Virus record (IMG/VR): IMGVR_UViG_3300027668_000008
Coordinates: 124,001 to 188,000 of that record
Direction: 5' to 3' (one strand)
DNA: 64,000 nt
Part shown: one piece after another, positions 54,316-63,318 of the stretch
How the letters are laid out: each line of letters opens with the position of its first letter
Position numbering within the stretch: the stretch's first letter is position 1
The notes under the pieces: model-generated
Told to the model about the DNA's origin: nothing
What the model saw: the letters and a program-made list of their open reading frames with translations, nothing else
The model's database searches: none
Made by a program: the position numbers and the translations under genes

Positions 54316-54753
54316 TTATGCGGCAACCTTTTGGTTAGTTGTTTCATAATTTTTGTTCCATGCACCAACGGCAATGTTGATATAATATGCAGTATGGAAA
54401 TAATCTGTTTGGCAGTCTGACTCATCAAACCAACCTTTGCCTTTATGATAACCGTTTCCGTTAATTGGAGCAGTTTTACATATTTCATATATGCTATCAA
54501 ACAATGCTTTATGTATACCATAAAAATTTGTATGATAATGATTAATTTGTGCCGAGCCTGGAAATGGTGTAATTTTCTGTGAATACCTGTCAAAGAAATC
54601 TAAAGATCCATCATAAAAGTCAACATCACCTGAAACCAATGTAACTTGTACACTTGAATGGTGATCTTTTCTTACACTAAACTTAATGTTAGGATATTGT
54701 TTTTTAAGTTCTTGTCTAATTGCTTTAACATCTTCTTTATTAACAAACGCCAT
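54316..54753 (-). CDS. LPD29-like polyvalent-protein domain
   Basis: AIRQELKKQYPNIKFSVR, DCQTDYFH; sigma70 promoter at 54790-54817. Confidence 0.7.
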   Translation of the reverse strand: MAFVNKEDVKAIRQELKKQYPNIKFSVRKDHHSSVQVTLVSGDVDFYDGSLDFFDRYSQKITPFPGSAQINHYHTNFYGIHKALFDSIYEICKTAPINGNGYHKGKGWFDESDCQTDYFHTAYYINIAVGAWNKNYETTNQKVAA

Positions 54754-54813
54754 ATTATGTATCTCCTTATTTGTTTAACTTATATTACTAGTATAGCATC
54801 TTACGTCTATCTG

Positions 54814-55134
54814 TCAACCTTTTAGACCCCATTTCTTTAATAATGGTGCAATATTAACCATTGATTTTACTGGATTTTCTGACTCAATGGAAGTTTTTAA
54901 AACTTTTTTCTTCTTTTTTAAACGTATTTGGTAAGATCCAGGACCTCTCATAGGTGTTAATACTTCGGATATACTAGGTATTGCTTCACACCATTTGTGC
55001 ATTTCGTCATATATCTTGCCCTGTCCTGTAATTACTGTAAACTTTACAACACCATTTAATTCACATAACTCAACGTGTACTTTAAATTTACGCCAAGCAT
55101 CGTGTAATGTGTATCCGTGTAAATCTAACCGCAT
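54814..55134 (-). CDS. Stand-alone Smr domain protein
   Basis: LDLHGYT, VITGQG, GPGSYQI. Confidence 0.85.
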   Translation of the reverse strand: MRLDLHGYTLHDAWRKFKVHVELCELNGVVKFTVITGQGKIYDEMHKWCEAIPSISEVLTPMRGPGSYQIRLKKKKKVLKTSIESENPVKSMVNIAPLLKKWGLKG

Positions 55135-55340
55135 TAATCAAAACTGAATGTTAATTCCATACCACTAAAATTTGCAACATATAAGTTCTTACCCTTATAT
55201 CTATTAAAGTTTAGAGGTACTCCCTCTAACATTACTTTAACTACATCATTATGTGATTGAATAACAGTCCCTTCCCATTTCCTATCGTTATCAGTACAAT
55301 GTACCATAACTTTATCTGGTTCTCCACTATCAAATTGCAT
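55134..55340 (-). CDS. Small beta-rich hypothetical protein
   Basis: 68-aa coupled ORF. Confidence 0.65.
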   Translation of the reverse strand: MQFDSGEPDKVMVHCTDNDRKWEGTVIQSHNDVVKVMLEGVPLNFNRYKGKNLYVANFSGMELTFSFD

Positions 55341-55839
55341 TGACTACTCCTTGTGCTTGTTTGTATATATCCATTAAATGTATCTTTGTCATTGCTTTTA
55401 ATAACAAGTCCATTTCAGCGATATAAGTTACTGCGAACTTTGGATCGTTAACTTTGATATCCTTACCATTGCTAATCATATCTGCCGCTTTTATTAATTG
55501 TGCCGCCGCTGATGCTTGGCTTAACCGGTCTCTATCAATGCCTTTACGCACTGTACGATTCCCGTCTCCGGGCTTTGAAGTATCAGTTAACCATTTAACC
55601 ATGTCAGCAGTAGAATTGCCAAATAAGACTCGTATTTCATCATTTGTTACGTTAGTGTCTTCTACTACATCATGTAATAAAGCCGCGGCAATCATTTCTT
55701 TACTGCCGTTGTGACTACGAACAATGTCTGCTACTTCTTCTGTGTGAGTAACATAAGGTAAGCCTGTGTATTTGCGAACTTGCCCTGTGTGTGACACACG
55801 GGCAAATTCTTTGGCTTTTTCTATAAACACTTCGTCCAT
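55330..55839 (-). CDS. RelA/SpoT-type HD hydrolase (small alarmone hydrolase, Mesh1-like)
   Basis: HTGQVRK, PYVTH, AALLHDVVEDT, VKWLTD, IKAADMISN. Confidence 0.9.
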   Translation of the reverse strand: MDEVFIEKAKEFARVSHTGQVRKYTGLPYVTHTEEVADIVRSHNGSKEMIAAALLHDVVEDTNVTNDEIRVLFGNSTADMVKWLTDTSKPGDGNRTVRKGIDRDRLSQASAAAQLIKAADMISNGKDIKVNDPKFAVTYIAEMDLLLKAMTKIHLMDIYKQAQGVVNAI

Positions 55840-55840
55840 C

Positions 55841-56209
55841 TTATTGAATCCCTGTCCAACTAATTATATTCATGTTATTGGCATCTTCATAAACGTTACC
55901 ACGTTTAAAGTTCATCGCAGGAGCATTATACCCTGCCGCTTTAAGCATATCGCCTTCTACAAATCCTTTAGTAGGAACCTTAACAATAAAGCCTTGCACA
56001 CTGCCACCTTGCATTGAACTTTTGTGGTCTTTTTTGATTAGTTTAATATACTTTTGACCATCTTTAATTTCAATGTTCCAGTTATCAACAACTTCCTTAC
56101 TGTACTCTGACATTGCTTTTTTGCCGTCTTGTGTAGACCAACGAATATAATCGTTCTTCATTGTTTCAACAACTTGCTCAACTGCTTGTTTAAGTAAAAT
56201 GTTCATCAT
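55841..56209 (-). CDS. Conserved early phage protein
   Basis: GSVQGFI..GDMLKAAGYNAPA..RGNV; sigma70 promoter at 56243-56270. Confidence 0.75.
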   Translation of the reverse strand: MMNILLKQAVEQVVETMKNDYIRWSTQDGKKAMSEYSKEVVDNWNIEIKDGQKYIKLIKKDHKSSMQGGSVQGFIVKVPTKGFVEGDMLKAAGYNAPAMNFKRGNVYEDANNMNIISWTGIQ

Positions 56210-56286
56210 ATCAATAACTCCTTTAATTAACTTACTATAACTATAATAACATCTATAGCAGATCTGTCAACCTTTTCAGTCATAAA

Positions 56287-56311
56287 AAAAGCCTTGATAA
56301 ACAAGGCTTTA
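56287..56311 (-). terminator. Rho-independent terminator
   Basis: AAAGCCTTG/CAAGGCTTT with a T tract on the minus strand. Confidence 0.8.
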
Positions 56312-56326
56312 ATTATTAATTTTTAT

Positions 56327-56533
56327 TTAACTAAAATATGTTTCTGCTTCTTTGCGTGATTCCTTTGCAGATGCTTGGTTTGTGATGCTCAAAACGTTAA
56401 TATAATCAACTATATCTAAGAACTCGTCTTCTAGTTGCTTTTTAGCATCTTGTTCATCGCCTGCTAACATAATAACTTCTTTACTTCTGGGATCGTCGTC
56501 TGTAACGTATCGTACAATATACTTGTGTGTCAT
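56327..56533 (-). CDS. Small hypothetical protein
   Basis: 68 aa with RBS and sigma70-like promoter. Confidence 0.7.
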   Translation of the reverse strand: MTHKYIVRYVTDDDPRSKEVIMLAGDEQDAKKQLEDEFLDIVDYINVLSITNQASAKESRKEAETYFS

Positions 56534-56596
56534 TTTTGCTAGTCTCCAATTTAATTACTATAGTGTTAATATACACTCAGTAATGCGTCTTGTCAA

Positions 56597-57421
56597 CTAG
56601 TATTCTAATCTTTTATACATCTTTACATAAGTATCATCAATACCTAACACCGGCTGTAATGCTTTGTTCAAAATTTCGGAGTTTTGCTTACTTCTATGTA
56701 CTGCTATAATATTCACTACACCACTATTTAAGAAGATGTTTGCTCGTTGACCTTTGAAATTTGTTGGATTGTAGTTTTTAACCGGTAACCACCATAAGCC
56801 GTAATCTTTGTTTACTAATGTATTCCACAGAAACTCTACATGGGTCTTGCTATCGTTTACTTCAATAAGCATACTTGGTTTAAACTTTTCAATAGATTTT
56901 ATAGCACCTTGTATTACTTCCTTTTCGTACCCTTCAACATCTATTTTCATAAAGTCAATTTTTACAGGGTCTAGGTCATCAACAGTTACCATTTGTGATG
57001 TATGGAAAGGTCCTGCACGTTTGTTCAATACAGTGCATTCTCCATAATTACCTGGAACGTGTGGACTATACGAACTTATAAAAACCGAACTAACCTTATT
57101 ACCCAAACAGTTGTTGTACACTGTTACATTTTTAATTTGATTGTTGTGTAAATTCTTTTGTAATAATTCTCTACTAAATTCATTTGGTTCAAATGCACTA
57201 ACAAATCCTTGAAATGCGTGTTTGGCAAACCATATAGTATGTACACCAATATTAGCACCTATGTCTAATACATAATCAGTTGGTTTAACCATATGTTGCA
57301 TAATTGTGAACTCTTGTTCACAATACTCGCCATACAGATCCAAACTTTTACCAATAATAACATCATTAGTAAAGTAAGAAAACTTACCATGTTTGCATTG
57401 TGTTGTTTTAATGCTACTCAT
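56597..57421 (-). CDS. FkbM-family methyltransferase
   Basis: LDIGANIG, AFEPN, FMKIDVEGYE. Confidence 0.92.
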   Translation of the reverse strand: MSSIKTTQCKHGKFSYFTNDVIIGKSLDLYGEYCEQEFTIMQHMVKPTDYVLDIGANIGVHTIWFAKHAFQGFVSAFEPNEFSRELLQKNLHNNQIKNVTVYNNCLGNKVSSVFISSYSPHVPGNYGECTVLNKRAGPFHTSQMVTVDDLDPVKIDFMKIDVEGYEKEVIQGAIKSIEKFKPSMLIEVNDSKTHVEFLWNTLVNKDYGLWWLPVKNYNPTNFKGQRANIFLNSGVVNIIAVHRSKQNSEILNKALQPVLGIDDTYVKMYKRLEY

Positions 57422-58187
57422 TTTTATGTTCTATGTCTTCCTCTGTACACTTATCGCCGTATTGTATTTCAATTAACTTTACGTCTTCGTTACTAGGATT
57501 ATTTAACTGATGCCATGTGCCTACTGTTATATTTGTGAATTCATGCTTATTAAAAGTTTCTGTTTTAAGTAATCTACGATCCGCCGGATGTTCTGTATTA
57601 TTAGCAAGTACACCTTTTGTTACAAACCATATTTCACTTCTAAGATTATGTCTTTGGTACGACAACGTTTCTCCAGGACGTATAACAATTTCTTTTACTT
57701 TAACGTTATCGTCTCTGTATAATACTTTGTAATGACCCCAGGATTTTTCTGTTTGTTGGTTTACCCAAGATGCTAAAAAGTCACGTGAACCGTATTTCTT
57801 TTCTTCACCTACACCATAAGCAAATGTTAATCTGTCTTTAAGTGCAAAACTTTTGTGTTCGGGTGTTGTCTCGTCTGTTCTGTCTCCACCATTTGCAAAT
57901 ACGATTTCATCTTCTGGATATTTCTCTAAAAGAACTTGTATAGCATCTTTGGCAGTTCCATCTGAATCATCGAAATGAATACATTCCGATACCATGTCTA
58001 AATGTTGTATGATTGTTGTTCGAATTTCCAATGATTGAAATTCTTTACCCTTCTTGCGTCTTAACCATTCGTCACTATTAATGCCGACAATAAGTTTGTC
58101 GCCTAGTTTCTTGGCTTCGACGAAGTAGGAGATATGTCCATCGTGAATGGGATCAAAGCCTCCTGTAACTAATACAAGTTTCTTCAT
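57414..58187 (-). CDS. Cytidylyltransferase (RfaE-like) fused to a mannose-6-phosphate isomerase cupin
   Basis: GGFDPIHDGH, FANGGDR; WGHYKVL, LSYQRH..RSEIW, LIEIQYG. Confidence 0.9.
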   Translation of the reverse strand: MKKLVLVTGGFDPIHDGHISYFVEAKKLGDKLIVGINSDEWLRRKKGKEFQSLEIRTTIIQHLDMVSECIHFDDSDGTAKDAIQVLLEKYPEDEIVFANGGDRTDETTPEHKSFALKDRLTFAYGVGEEKKYGSRDFLASWVNQQTEKSWGHYKVLYRDDNVKVKEIVIRPGETLSYQRHNLRSEIWFVTKGVLANNTEHPADRRLLKTETFNKHEFTNITVGTWHQLNNPSNEDVKLIEIQYGDKCTEEDIEHKNE

Positions 58188-58218
58188 ATATACTACTTAT
58201 CTGATTTACTGCTATAAT

Positions 58219-58971
58219 TTAGACGTTTGAATAGTCTACTATGGTGCCTGTTAACCATTTTAGGATCAATCCCTTGTTTGTTATATAACCAAACTTTTCA
58301 ATTTGTTGTGTACATACTTCGGGCATAAAGTCCAGTAACTCGTGTATTGACTTTTCGTTATAATCAAACACTTCTGCTGAATCTTTGTATACAAATGCAT
58401 TGATAACATTCGTGTTAGGTTGTTTGTAGATAAAACCATCTCTACTATTGAATCCACTTAATGCCAACATATAAATTAAACTTGGTATAGTAATTTGATG
58501 TTTTGCAGTTTCGTAAATTCTATGATCTGGTTCGCCATAAAATGTGTTTATTGTTGTAGGGAAACTTAAACACATAACTCCACCATCACTAGTGAATTCA
58601 TTCATTCTGTGTAAAAACTTTAAAGGGTTATTTGCTTCTTGTAAAACACTATGAGCCCATACTACATCAAACTTTTTATCAAATGTAATAGTGTCCCAGT
58701 CGGCTTTTACCTTGTTAACATTACTATGTTCAAAGTCTTTATTCCAATTAGGATTATTATCCAATGCAGTAACATTAATGTTTAATGGTAAAGGATTTGT
58801 CTCGTCTCCATCATCACACTCTGCCCACCAATGAGCATCATGTCCATCTCTACTTCCAACATCTAACACACTGTCGATGCTTTCTAGCATTTCAGGATAT
58901 TCGTATATTATCTTTAAAAAATTAAGACTGTGTAGTCTAGAGTTCGCTGGGTTACTTAACAGAAAATCCAT
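58219..58971 (-). CDS. SAM-dependent methyltransferase
   Basis: VLDVGSRDG, FDVVWAHSVL. Confidence 0.85.
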   Translation of the reverse strand: MDFLLSNPANSRLHSLNFLKIIYEYPEMLESIDSVLDVGSRDGHDAHWWAECDDGDETNPLPLNINVTALDNNPNWNKDFEHSNVNKVKADWDTITFDKKFDVVWAHSVLQEANNPLKFLHRMNEFTSDGGVMCLSFPTTINTFYGEPDHRIYETAKHQITIPSLIYMLALSGFNSRDGFIYKQPNTNVINAFVYKDSAEVFDYNEKSIHELLDFMPEVCTQQIEKFGYITNKGLILKWLTGTIVDYSNV

Positions 58972-59245
58972 CGTTTAACATTCCCTTCATGAACTCTACT
59001 TTAACATCTTCGAGTTTGTTTTTTGTATTAGTTATTTTCTTATTAAATACATCTGCTTTAACTCGATTAAAACTACGATTCAAGTCTTCTGCTAGTTGAT
59101 CTAACAAATATTTATTGCGTTTAAAATCTAAACTAGCCGAACTATCGTCTTTTAACGATGTAAGAAACGTGTTATAATCCTTAGTAAACTTGTTGTATTC
59201 GTACAGTATATCTACTGCACGTTTACTTGTTTTATAATGATACAT
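58952..59245 (-). CDS. Hypothetical protein
   Basis: 97-aa coupled ORF. Confidence 0.65.
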   Translation of the reverse strand: MYHYKTSKRAVDILYEYNKFTKDYNTFLTSLKDDSSASLDFKRNKYLLDQLAEDLNRSFNRVKADVFNKKITNTKNKLEDVKVEFMKGMLNDGFSVK

Positions 59246-59687
59246 CTTCCATTCCGGCTGTTCTAAGTTTTACAATATGACCTAGTTGCCATTGTTTAGC
59301 ATCTATGCCTTTAAGTATACCTAACCACTTGTTACGCAATAACGCAACTTCGTTAATTAAGGTTTCAAAGTCTATTACTTCGTCTTCTCCGTCAACATAT
59401 TTTTCTGCATCACGGCTTGTTAAAGCCCTAGCATATGTTTCTAGATATTTTTGAAAATACTTACGTCTAATTTTTCGTAATTGAATGTGTAGGTGATTAA
59501 GCACCGCCTCAACCTCTTGTAACTGGTTAAAACGATGCTCAGTAATACCTGGTAAAGACCTTAAACTTTTTTCAACAATACCATATATACCCACATCTTT
59601 TCGTGCATTTTCTAATTCTGTTTCAAAATGCATTATAAATCCAGGTAAGTTAGATAAGTCATGTGTTACTTTACCGTACCAACTCAT
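59232..59687 (-). CDS. uvsY: Recombination mediator UvsY-like
   Basis: KYLETYARALTSRDAEKYVDGE; located downstream of uvsX. Confidence 0.75.
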   Translation of the reverse strand: MSWYGKVTHDLSNLPGFIMHFETELENARKDVGIYGIVEKSLRSLPGITEHRFNQLQEVEAVLNHLHIQLRKIRRKYFQKYLETYARALTSRDAEKYVDGEDEVIDFETLINEVALLRNKWLGILKGIDAKQWQLGHIVKLRTAGMEDVSL

Positions 59688-59918
59688 TTATTCGTCTCCG
59701 TATTCATCTTCGTCATCTACTAATTCATCATCAGGAATAGCGTCTGCTACTGCACTACGGATTTGTGGATCTTCTTTCCCCAAGTCTGTTAGTGTTTCGT
59801 CTGCTACACCTAAGTCAATCAATGACGACACCCAATGATCGGCGGCTGTTTGTCTATCTTTTGCTGGAATATATTCTTTGAGAACATTCCATATTTCTGG
59901 CAAACAATCTTCGTCCAT
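59688..59918 (-). CDS. Small acidic hypothetical protein
   Basis: 76 aa. Confidence 0.75.
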   Translation of the reverse strand: MDEDCLPEIWNVLKEYIPAKDRQTAADHWVSSLIDLGVADETLTDLGKEDPQIRSAVADAIPDDELVDDEDEYGDE

Positions 59919-59927
59919 AATAACCTC

Positions 59928-60998
59928 TTATTCAGTTTCAACAGTTTCGATTTCTGTTTCTGCTTCTGTTTCTAAATCTAAGCCGACATCGCTAGATTGA
60001 ACATCATTCATAACAACTTGTAGTTTTTCACCAATCCAGTTCTTACGAAATTCTATCATCTCTGTTCCATCTTTAGCCTTATAGGCAAGTCTGTTACCTT
60101 GCTTTTTAAGTAACCCGGCTTTTTCAAATAAATCAACAAGTCCACTATAAGGATCCATTCCTGTTTCATAAGGGATCTTAACTTGTACGCCTTCGAACGG
60201 TTTTGCATAACGAGTTTTCATTACTTTACAACCTGCTCTAATACCACGTACATCACTTACTTTATTACCATCTTGATCTTCTTTAAGTTTCATCTTCTTC
60301 ATTGCAATAACAATACTTGAAGCATAGATAAAGCCTTGTCCGCCCGAAATCTTATCGTCTGGGTCAAACATATCTTGTGATTGGTAAGTGTGGTTTGTTG
60401 CTACTAGCCCTACATTATAACTACCGAACATATTAACACAGTTCATTACTAATGCCTTTAGAGCTTTTGCTTTACGACCCATATCGCCTTTCATGTCACC
60501 TGCATCGAACTGATTAAGTTCTGTCGGTGTCATCATCATGCCTAATGAGTCAATTACGAATAGTACTTTAGGTCTTTCACCCTCAGCCATATCCCTATAA
60601 TCTTTCATAAACGTACTAATAGTTTTAGCAACATCATCTAGCATTGCCATACTTAACTTTAATAGTTTACTTTCGCTTGTGTCTACGCCTAATGCTTTTA
60701 GCCACGTTTCATCTAATGCGTTCTCAGAATCAATTAATACTACAAAGATACCTTGTTCTTGTGCAGACTTAACTACATTACCTGATGCAAAATAACTTTT
60801 ACCTGCACCGGATTCTCCTGCGAATACACTTACTTTTCCTAGTGGAAGTCCTTTATTAAAGTCTCCACTTATTAGATAGTTTAGTGCATAACTGCCTGTG
60901 CTGACCCAATCTGTTGGATCATTAAAGCCTACACTTAAACCACTAATGCTTTTCGTAATATCTTTACGAAATTTACTAACGTCAAATGGTCTTACCAT
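59928..60998 (-). CDS. uvsX: RecA-like recombinase UvsX
   Basis: STGSYALN, AGESGAGKS, IDSLG, ISGGQG, KTRYAKPF. Confidence 0.95.
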   Translation of the reverse strand: MVRPFDVSKFRKDITKSISGLSVGFNDPTDWVSTGSYALNYLISGDFNKGLPLGKVSVFAGESGAGKSYFASGNVVKSAQEQGIFVVLIDSENALDETWLKALGVDTSESKLLKLSMAMLDDVAKTISTFMKDYRDMAEGERPKVLFVIDSLGMMMTPTELNQFDAGDMKGDMGRKAKALKALVMNCVNMFGSYNVGLVATNHTYQSQDMFDPDDKISGGQGFIYASSIVIAMKKMKLKEDQDGNKVSDVRGIRAGCKVMKTRYAKPFEGVQVKIPYETGMDPYSGLVDLFEKAGLLKKQGNRLAYKAKDGTEMIEFRKNWIGEKLQVVMNDVQSSDVGLDLETEAETEIETVETE

Positions 60999-61015
60999 GT
61001 TTGTTTCTCCATGTT

Positions 61016-61047
61016 AAAAATGAGAGACGACATAAAGCCGTCTCTCT
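61016..61047 (-). terminator. Terminator after ssb
   Basis: AGAGACG/CGTCTCT stem followed by a T tract on the minus strand. Confidence 0.75.
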
Positions 61048-61059
61048 ATTATTTTTAAT

Positions 61060-62085
61060 TTATGCTTGGCGTGAACGAATCATTGCTAAAATGTCTTCTG
61101 CATTTTGAGATGATCCACCAGCAGGTGCACTTGGCTCAGGTGTTGCAACAGGTGTTGCTACTGCCTCAGTTTGTACAGGTGCTGATATTGGTGCCGCCGG
61201 AGTTGGTGTTGGTTCTGCAAACGGTGCCGCAGTAGGTGTTGCCACTGGTGTTGCCACTGGTGTTGCTACTGGTGCCTTGTTAGCCGATTCCGGTAATTGT
61301 ACTCCTGAAGGACGGAAGTATTGCGAATACTTCTCGGAATCATAAGCCTTACCGTCAACACTATCTTCAAACATTTGTTTGATAATGCCTAGTTCTGCTT
61401 CGTTCGGCTTCTTTGGTAAGAAGTCGTTCAAATCATACAGACCATAAGTTTCGATTGCTTTTTGTTCTTCCTCAGTTAGAGCAGTTTCTTTCCTTGCCCA
61501 GTTAGAAGTAGAATAATCTGCATATCCGCCTTTACTAGTTTTTAGTACACGGAAGTCGATACCCTTTGTATAATCAGTAGGTAATTCTTCCATATCAGGA
61601 TCCATTAAACTTGCTTTAATAATATTAAAGAGTTGTGGTCCCATAATAAACCTACGAATTGGATTCTCAGGTGCATCTTCGTCTAATGCCGAATCGCGAA
61701 CAATACCTTGGAAAACATAAGATTTCTTTTTCCAATATTTACGACCCATGTCCTCTAAAGAACTGTCTTTAAACCACGGACGTACTTCCGCTAGTATTGG
61801 ACAAGAACCTACTGGTTCCCACATTTCCATACAAGGTACTTGTACAGTAATTGGCTTACTGTCCATTTGACCTTTAATGCCATTGAACGGTAAACGAATC
61901 ATCGCTCGCTCTGCCCAAAAGAATGTGTTTTGATTGTTGGAGTCTGGAAGGAATCGCAGTGTACTACTTGTTCCTTCTGCTATGTTCCAGTGTGGATAAA
62001 TTGCGTTGTCGCCGCCGCGGTTTCCGCCTTGTGAACGGGTATCCTGTGCTTGTAGTTTTGCACGGATTTCTGCTAATGATGCCAT
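61060..62085 (-). CDS. Single-stranded DNA-binding protein (gp32-like)
   Basis: LRFLPD, VPCMEMW..CPI, RKYWKKKSY; Pro/Ala linker; EDILAMIRSR tail. Confidence 0.92.
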   Translation of the reverse strand: MASLAEIRAKLQAQDTRSQGGNRGGDNAIYPHWNIAEGTSSTLRFLPDSNNQNTFFWAERAMIRLPFNGIKGQMDSKPITVQVPCMEMWEPVGSCPILAEVRPWFKDSSLEDMGRKYWKKKSYVFQGIVRDSALDEDAPENPIRRFIMGPQLFNIIKASLMDPDMEELPTDYTKGIDFRVLKTSKGGYADYSTSNWARKETALTEEEQKAIETYGLYDLNDFLPKKPNEAELGIIKQMFEDSVDGKAYDSEKYSQYFRPSGVQLPESANKAPVATPVATPVATPTAAPFAEPTPTPAAPISAPVQTEAVATPVATPEPSAPAGGSSQNAEDILAMIRSRQA

Positions 62086-62180
62086 GTTATGTGCCTCTCT
62101 GTTGCCTAGTTAATAGCCTAGTTATGTTGTTTTAATATTGCCTTGATAGCAATGTGTACACCTTCCTGATGTACTGCTAA
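62086..62180 (-). promoter_or_regulatory. ssb 5' leader: 5' hairpin plus four AGGC motifs
   Basis: TAGCAGTACA..TGTAC..TGCTA hairpin; GCCT at 62093, 62104, 62116, 62140; promoter TTGACT-N17-TATAAT at 62183-62211. Confidence 0.6.
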
Positions 62181-62239
62181 CAATTATACTTATCTTTAAA
62201 CCCAAAGTCAACCTTTATTTTCTGAATCTAATATAATTG

Positions 62240-62462
62240 TTACAACTAACTGTTTGGAAGGACTTGCTGTGAACTCACCTCCAACTTTCTAATAGCAGAT
62301 CACATCTAATATTGCAAGGTTTCGACGTGAAATTTACTAGAACCACCGCTTCTTAAACCAACCCACTTGGGCGCCTAAAAAGATTAAGTGTGCGTTACCC
62401 CTCTGCCGAAGAGTTATTCCGCCACAAACACAAAAGAATTATAAGCCCTTTTGTTTTAGTTG
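62240..62462 (-). ncRNA. Unassigned ~220-nt structured RNA
   Basis: Own promoter TTGACT-N17-TATATT (62471-62499); no ORF; GC-richer than its flanks; multiple helices. Confidence 0.65.
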
Positions 62463-62517
62463 TTAAGTATAATATACATTAGAATGTATCCGAAGTCAAC
62501 CATTTTTTTAAATTATT

Positions 62518-62889
62518 TTATAAATCGCCGTTTTTTCGCATATTTGCACGGATTTTAGTAGCACTAATGTCGTGTATCTCTTTACCTAAGTCATGTTCTG
62601 TAATAGTATATCCTACTCCACGCCCATAACTAATGTCTACAATATTTGGAACATTGATAATATTGTACTCTTTACGATACTCGAATCCTTCGAAACTTAA
62701 TCCATTAATGATGTTTTTACGGACTGTATCAATATCAAATGGATTATCGTCTACACCCTGTACATTACGAATCATAATGCAAACTTGCCCGGTTTGTGCT
62801 AGTGCTTTTTTAAATAATGCTGTGTGGCCATCATGCCACGGTTGCCAGCGACCCAACATCTGAACTGTTGGCTTCTTACTATCAAACAT
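62518..62889 (-). CDS. Cytidyltransferase-like nucleotidyltransferase
   Basis: LGRWQPWHDGH (HxGH), ISATKIR. Confidence 0.85.
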   Translation of the reverse strand: MFDSKKPTVQMLGRWQPWHDGHTALFKKALAQTGQVCIMIRNVQGVDDNPFDIDTVRKNIINGLSFEGFEYRKEYNIINVPNIVDISYGRGVGYTITEHDLGKEIHDISATKIRANMRKNGDL

Positions 62890-63307
62890 TGTTTCTGTTC
62901 ATATAGTTTAGTATTACTTCAGATAATTGTGCGTGTGTATCGTCAAACCATTCACGTACATGGTAATTAACCTTGTTAGGCATTTGAAACATTCTGTTAG
63001 TATCCTCGTACTTGCCAATTTTAATTGTATCCATCCAAACTGTATAATCAGCATTAAACTCTTTTCTTGCTGTTTCAGTAGGACAAATAAAATCACAAAC
63101 TGCGATTTTATCAGACATAACTACTCCATCTGCTAAATGTTTCATGCGTTGTGCTTGTCTTATTCTTCCCTCAGGACTAAAATCCCAATCGTCATATTTT
63201 TTGCGTACTACATCGGCATTGATGTGTACTGCACCAATTAAGTTAGCAAATGGTTTTGCTAGTGTTGTTTTACCACTTCCAGGTAACCCAAAGATTAAAA
63301 TTTTCAT
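62882..63307 (-). CDS. Adenylylsulfate (APS) kinase-like protein
   Basis: GLPGSGKTT, NADVVR, WDFSPEGRIRQA, DFICPT. Confidence 0.85.
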   Translation of the reverse strand: MKILIFGLPGSGKTTLAKPFANLIGAVHINADVVRKKYDDWDFSPEGRIRQAQRMKHLADGVVMSDKIAVCDFICPTETARKEFNADYTVWMDTIKIGKYEDTNRMFQMPNKVNYHVREWFDDTHAQLSEVILNYMNRNNV

Positions 63308-63318
63308 ATTGCACTCCT

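Noticed and set aside
54300-54593. 97-aa alternative-frame ORF overlapping the LPD29-like gene
   Set aside because: Same-strand overlap without RBS or motifs
62240-62462. RNase P, SRP, 6S or self-cleaving ribozyme identity
   Set aside because: No GAGGAAAGUCC/P4, GGAA tetraloop SRP core, or hammerhead/twister/pistol core was found by eye; left unassigned
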